A stretch of DNA of 62,886 nt, filler included, from Collodictyon triciliatum (taxonomy: Eukaryota): the NCBI GenBank assembly GCA_043381765.1. It is 6 parts of 6 records of this genome, joined end to end, with 100 filler letters (N's around TTAATTAATTAA, not from the genome) between each part and the next. Parts side by side here need not be neighbours in the genome. Positions count along the whole stretch, not along the records: positions 51,378 to 62,886 come from JBHJMP010002391.1; 5 more parts are not named here. The stretch is one strand, 5' to 3'. Positions 56,573 to 62,886 of this stretch are shown one piece after another. The number at the start of each line of letters is the position of its first letter. The first letter of the stretch is position 1. The position numbers and the translations under genes are program-made. The notes below the pieces were generated by a model. It saw only the letters and a program-made list of their open reading frames with translations, searched no databases and was not told where the DNA came from.

Positions 56573-59541
56573 TCATTCGTTATCAACAAGAGCTATAAAC
56601 CTCATAGAATGCAAAAATAGAGCTTGCTCAGCTGTGTGACGAATTACCCTTTGCTTCATGTTCTTCTTGAGCTGTTTTTTGTGCTCTTTTTCCTCCCACT
56701 TCCGCTGCTCCTCAGGTGTGCGCTTCGCCATTTCCTCCTCTTCTTTTTTCTTTCTTTCTTGCTTTAAGCGTTGTGCATTCTACCGAGAGAAATACGTCAA
56801 TAATTAAATACATTTACAACTATGATGAATAAATAAGTTGAGGTATAAGCTTCATAATACTTCTTGGCGCTTGGTATGCTCAACCCGCTCCTTTTCTTGT
56901 CGAAACAAACGACGGGACTCTTCTGCCTTGCTCAGAGACTATATTTTTTTTCAGTATATGAACAGTGAGTGATTCTCAATCAAGAGAAAAATAATTCAGT
57001 AATATAGTTATTGTTAAAAATGCAAGACCTTAGGCGACGAAGATAAACAAAAATAAGACGATAGCAATGGATGAGAACATACATGATATGATAGTTGGAC
57101 GTGCGATACTGCATCCAAATACTCAAAGAAGATTGACATTAACGGTTCCAGTTTATCCATCTTGTCGCCTGATGGTAGCTTGAATACGAAACGTGCTTGT
57201 TTCCTACAGTGTACTGAAATTTGAATACTTTGATGGGACAAAAGAGCAACCAAACTTCCCAAATATATGCAAACCAGAGGGGCTAAAAGGGAAAGTCGAT
57301 AATTTAATCATTACAAATTTAAGATGAGTATTGTAAGACTGGAACATAACGTGATTTGTTTTTTGTTTTTGTTCATTCATCTCAAATTGAGTGTTTTTGG
57401 AAAAAAAAATCGTATTAAGCAGAAAATAATTAAACAAAAGAATTGTAGTAGTAATATGACGATAGTGTTTCTAAGGGCTCATTACATATTCAACCACATG
57501 AAATATGATTTAAAAACATTACAGTGTGTGGGTTTCCTCTTGAAGCTTGATAAATGCATGGTCTGTAACGTGAATGCTTTCAAAAAGGTCTAAAGAACGT
57601 GATATTATGCCGCTGATGTTGTTGTTCAAGAGATGCAATATGGGCTCCTCATGCTCAGACTTGATTGTAAACCTATCAGAACCAAAATATGGTCGATCGA
57701 TTCGAGTAAATCGTTTCTAGACATCATAATTAATGAGTTATCGTTGAGCTCGAATCTATAAGTTTAAACATAGGGAGGATAAAGTTCATTCATTAACCCT
57801 GGGTGGTTCTGGAGAAAAAAAAAACGTGTTATGAGATCTTACAATGTCTTCGTTGGAGCTCATGAATTCTTTTCGGTCTCGTGTCGGTATCAGACACATA
57901 ACATACTGTCCAATAGCATCAGGAGCGTAAGTAGCATGGATGCACTAAATGGATGGCAGAGACAATATGGTGTGCCAATGAGACTATGAAGATATACTGA
58001 TGTCCTTAAATGCCTTCTATATTAATGCTTAGAAAAATTGGGATGTTTGAGTATTTCTTTCTTTTTCTACGCACAATTTTGTCCTGAGTTGGGAAGACAA
58101 GGTCCTTTAACACGGAAAAAAGGTCGTATCTTCTCTTCAACTGTATATTGTAGGCAAGCTATGAATCTCAATATACAGAACAATATGGTATTGCTGAAAA
58201 AGTCATGTTGGTCAAAGACACATGCACACCTCGAGAGTCACGTAGACATACTGAACTTTAGTTCTTCCGGTTGCGTAAAGAACAAATGTACTTTCACTTT
58301 CTTTTTCGATGGATTCCACAAGATGAAACTGTTGTTTAAAGACGTTCCCAAACTTTTCGAACCTTTGAAGGTATCAAGGGAGATAACATGCAGCTATTAC
58401 GAACTCGACACAAACAATGGAAGACAGAAACTTGCATATTAAAAGAAAAAGGATTCTCACAAAATATCTTGCGATGTATACATGGGCGAATATGATGATA
58501 GTGGTGGGTTATGTGTATTAATTTCTTTTCATGTAGTCAAATGTTACATAATAAATAATATAGAATTTTACCACTTGTTAACAATTTGGTCATTCTGGGA
58601 CCGTCCATAAAAGTAGTTGAGGCCATATAGAACACTAACGATGATACCAATAAACTCATATGTATATTTGACGAAAAGCGGTTCGGTTTCTTGTGTGATA
58701 GAAATAAGTCAGTGAAGCCTTCGATTTTGCAAACTGGTACGTCTTCTTTCTTTTTTTTATTCTTCCTTTCAATTTTGTGCAGGATGGTAACTGCTACGTC
58801 TTTTTATAGAGTAATAACACAAATAACATGAAAATAGGGCCTTTCTTCTTGATGCATACGGAGAGGACCGGTTAAAAATAGGAGACAAATAAAAGAGAAT
58901 CTCGAAACAAGTATACCGGTTTTGTGTGTTTTTTGTTCGTCACTTGATTTAATCTCCAACTCTTCGGTCTTTACTGGCTTTGGTGATAATTTGGGTTGCT
59001 TTCCTTTCGGTGTTGGCTGTGTGGTAGTTGAATGAATTATATGACATTAAAGAAAAGGATGCATGGACGACAATCAGTAGGAGATGGTATTCTAGACAAA
59101 AATACAGTTACTTTCTATTATGGAAGACATGAATTGATTAAGGTCCCATGTTTCCCTCAAGTAACGAACATCGCTAGCTCATTTGTTGATTTCCCTTCGA
59201 ATATAGCCACTTACAACGTCGACAACAAGATCCTCGGAAATGTCCCATTCATCCACGTCTTCATCGTCATCGTCGTAGTTCATCACGGGTTTGAAGCGGT
59301 CAGCGACTTTTAAAAGATGGCGGAAATAAAATGAACAGGTGCTTAGTTTTTAAAAGTAGGACCAGTACTTTGCGTGTTTCTATTGATGAAAAACGACTTG
59401 ACATACAAGCTTCTTGATATTTTGAATCGATCTACCTTTGATCGGTTGGTATTTGTCGGCATGGACTCCATCAGTCTGTCCGACCCACACGATCAGAATG
59501 GCCAAAAGGACTGCCAGAGAGAGAAGCCCAGAGCGGTGCAT
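56573..59541 (-). CDS. CCDC47: PAT complex subunit CCDC47 (DUF1682)
   Basis: Signal peptide MHRSGLLSLAVLLAILIVW, acidic stretch, TM YEFIGIIVSVLYGLNYFYGRSQN, FVLYATGR, LKRRYDLF, C-terminal coiled coil TPEEQRKWEEKEHKKQLKK. 3' end approximate. Confidence 0.88.
58732..58802 (-). mobile_element. 43-bp LINE 3'-end insertion with 14-bp TSD in a CCDC47 intron
   Basis: AACTGGTACGTCTT / AACTGCTACGTCTT flank the reverse complement of ACCATCCTGCACAAAATTGAAAGGAAGAATAAAAAAAAGAAAG. Confidence 0.8.
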
Positions 59542-60048
59542 TTGAGACAAAGGCTCGGGCCCTTATTCTTCCTCTTGGAACTGAAGGGTGCAAAGTTCAT
59601 CAAACAGAGTCCAATACGAAGGGTATACAGAGTTTGCGTGCTCCAGCATTGTGACTCGGCCCTCTGCGCTGCGGGTGCGACAGAGCCCTTCGCGACCGAA
59701 AGACCGATGTGGCGGACACTTCCAAACCGCTCGCAAGATGAATCAGTAGGAAAAAATATTTTATTTTCTATATCTGGCATTTAAAATATCTCAAAGTTTA
59801 TAGGCATTAGATTCACAATTTTGACCACAGCTATTTCAAAATTCATTTATGCGTACATATTGAATACATGATGTTAGTGCAAGCAGTATATTATAATCGC
59901 AGTCTGCCCTGTTTAGTATCGGCATGAGGATGTTAGTCCTACAGCAACTTACTTAGATGTCGGGTAAAGAAGCGCATCATACGCCGGTTTGGAAGCGAGC
60001 AGCCAACCTATTCTAATTGCTATCTTCCTGGTCAAGCGAGCCTACGTG

Positions 60049-61590
60049 ATGGGATCCGAGGCAAAGAACAATTTGCTGCGGGCAGGGTTTCTTGGTGGTA
60101 TACTTGGAGGCTGTCTCGCAATGATGATCGGTGCGTCTTTGGCAGAGATTTCTCAGTCATCCACGTTTGCCTTGGTTAGTTCTTGTTTCCTATCTGAACG
60201 ATTTTTTTTCAACCACTCTAATATGCGACAAAGAAGCTTCATATATATATGACTTCGTTTCCAGAATATATTTTGGCCTTAGCATTCTCACTCTTTTTTT
60301 TTTTTTTTTTGGGTGTGTGGGGCTGAAATCGTGGGCTATGAAGATGTTTGGAATTTGTCTGCTATTGATCGGTGGTGTGTTAATTGGTAAAGTGTATACA
60401 ACTTACGGGATCGATCGATGGAAGAACCATTTAATTCTCTTCCTCGCCATCATTGTGGGTTTAATGTTTTGACTTTCTAAAAACTCCAAAATAAGATTTT
60501 TCTTAGCATACTATACAGATCTTATTTTTCATTCACTAAATGTATATATGGATAAGACGAATAATGTGACAATCACGTGACAAATTGAACCCTTTCGTAG
60601 ATACTTATTTCTGGTTTGCTATGTTTCTTACTGGACGAGAACTGGTTTAATGATTTTTCTGTTAATCAGAAAGTCCCATTGTAAGGGTGTAATTTCTCCT
60701 CAGTGTATATGCGAGTGAAAATATGTTGATAAAGTACTTGGTGTTTCGTGATAAATAAAAGTCATACCAATAAGGCCTTGTTGTCCATTCAATATGTACC
60801 AAAGAAATACCACAATTTTTTTCTATTTACGCTTCCAAAATGACATTAGGTATTGCACCCTAAGCATGTCTTTGTCTCTAGTCATGGGGTATGTTTTACT
60901 CGAGTACATTAACCTTGGTTTATGCACCAGTTGCTGCTCTTTAAACGCGACTCAAGGATATATACATGGAAAGCCTCAGGTTGTTCAGATATTGCTCGTC
61001 CTTCAAAGACGACTGACTGTTTTTTTCACCGCATAACATATGGGTGCCATATAAGAGCAATAAAAGTAGCAATTTACTTTTTCTGTAATTGTAGTGATTC
61101 ATGATTACCAAACATAATTCGTTATATAGACGATGCTCTACTTTGGACTGATTTTGTTGATGGGTCTATTTTTTGGATTGACGTTCGGGTTGACTGATGC
61201 AGAGGATGACATGAACGAATTTCGAAAGCAGCAACGGGTTTGCATATTTACCAGTAATTTTGGTTCTATGCTTCATAATTTTTTGTATCTATATTTTGAG
61301 AGCGAATGCTATATATGTGTGTGCTTTTCTCGGGTGGGTGATTTTTGGGTGTTGGGTGGATATTTAAAGACTATAAGTTATTATCCCTACTTTTTGAAGC
61401 GGTAGTTGTTGCCTTTATTTAATCGTTGCCTAACTCGATGAAAACATATTACTACCAGTCAACCGTGCCTGTTGGGGTTATTGGAGGGATGGCGATTGGG
61501 TCATTAACAGAATATCTCCATCAGGGCGACGACGATGACAACCCTCACTATGAAAATACGCTTCACGTGGACATTGATGACAACTTCTAG
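60049..61590 (+). CDS. Multi-pass membrane protein of unknown function, about 6 exons
   Basis: GGILGGCLAMMIGASLAEIS | MFGICLLLIGG | SGLLCFLLDENW...KVPL|Y | MGLFFGLTFGLTDAEDD | PVGVIGGMAIGSLTEYL...DDNF*. Confidence 0.8.
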
Positions 61591-62886
61591 AATCGATAAT
61601 GTACATAATAAAAGAAAAATAACTTTAAGCGTCGGCGCCTATGTATTTATCCCTCGATTTGGTTGAGTATATATATAAAATTCAATGTGTTCGCACTAGA
61701 CTGAAATATTTGTGTTTGCTCATACCTTACTATTCAATAGCTTTCCAGTATGGCTGAAAAATATGTTGATTGAGATATTGGCAGTGGGACACTAGACTCT
61801 TAGACATAGTTTCGGGTGTGAAGCTTGAACAGAGAGGGAGGTAGCCAAGGGGTTTCCTGTGGCATTCATTCCTACTCTTTGGTGGTTGTTTACAGGTTCC
61901 AATCCTTAATGAAACGATTCCGAGGCTGCCGCAAATACCAAAAAAAAAAAAAAAATTAAATTAAAAATACATACAGGTCATCTCTTCATGACCATTAAAA
62001 GCATGTTACAGAGCCATATTGCCTTGGGGTGAGATATGCGTGGAGTTGTGCACGATTCAATTCTCTGTCGTTTCATTCCCCCGTTGTTGGGGTTGGTATC
62101 TATGCAGCGCTTTGGCCCTCGCAGGCATGTTCAAATTTTCCACATATGTCACAATAACATTAGTTAATTTTAGTATAAATAACTGAATCATCAAACTCAG
62201 CCTATTACGACCGTACTGTGGGTTGATGTCAAATAGTCACTACTGGAAATTACGGGTGATTACAAAGTTCTTTGGAGAGTTGTTGGACTTGTAAAGGGCT
62301 ATTTTTTGCAAATGAAAAAAATCTATTTGCATCTCAATTCACTGAATATTTTAGTGGTGTGTCATCCAATTGAAAAATTTGTTCCCAATGCGGACGTGGT
62401 GAGACTAGATTTTCCAATTTCGTTAGATAAAGGAGGATATAAGGTAGTGTGTGGCTATTTTGCGTTATGATATATGCAGAAAGCATGAGAAAGAGAAGCA
62501 AAGCTAGAACTACATGAAAAAAGTATATAGCAGATTCGGGTTCTTGCCATTGACGTTGTGGTTGGTGGTTGTTCGCACATTAACAAATTCACTATATTTT
62601 GCCGATTTTTCCGATTTCAAATTGGACGTAATTTTTTCGGAAAGCATATTGGCACAACCGATTCGACTTTGCCGTTTCTCTGCGGGCGTGGATTGTGTCA
62701 CGGGTTGTGCTTTGTTCTTTAGTCACCAGAGCTCGATTAGCCTGATGGTTGTGGGGTGGCAGGGAAAACAGCAAGCTGAACCTAGAAAAAATAATAGGGA
62801 ATGAAGGCTGTCCAAATCCCACAACACCACAAGGAGGCGCAACAGGGAATTGGACCGACAACTACTGCCATACGACCGGCCGTGAA

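Noticed and set aside
61700..62886. Minus-strand gene at the window end; also short ORFs at 21273-21793 and 24049-24950
   Set aside because: No recognisable motifs or coherent splice model.

Overview
Eukaryotic nuclear DNA, most likely from a mitochondriate protist. It is AT-rich and very intron-dense (GT-AG introns mostly about 70-400 nt) and uses the standard genetic code. The window is not one continuous molecule. Five 100-nt N spacers carry the six-frame-stop linker TTAATTAATTAA, and genes are cut off at them. Hand-splicing gives these recognisable genes: an SLC25A42-like CoA carrier, a coiled-coil protein, TAPT1/EMP65, DNAJC7, a multi-TM class III (guanylyl-type) cyclase, SPT16, MED23, TRAPPC2, a K+ channel 3' end, ZNF511, URM1, a disrupted isovaleryl-CoA dehydrogenase, SPRING1/C12orf49, RPS23, CCDC47 and an uncharacterised membrane protein. 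The main non-housekeeping signal is retrotransposition. There is an L1/Tx1-like LINE family (a CCHC fragment, plus three copies of one 3' end, one with a 14-bp TSD), a separate 146-bp A-tailed insertion with a 17-bp TSD, and intronless decayed gene copies including a MATE. Other signals are frequent AAG acceptors, intronic microsatellites that are T-rich on the sense strand, GC-rich terminal exons, and a possible snoRNA-bearing 5'UTR intron in RPS23. All homology calls come from recognising motifs by eye, not from database searches. I found no clearly demonstrated novel biological system.
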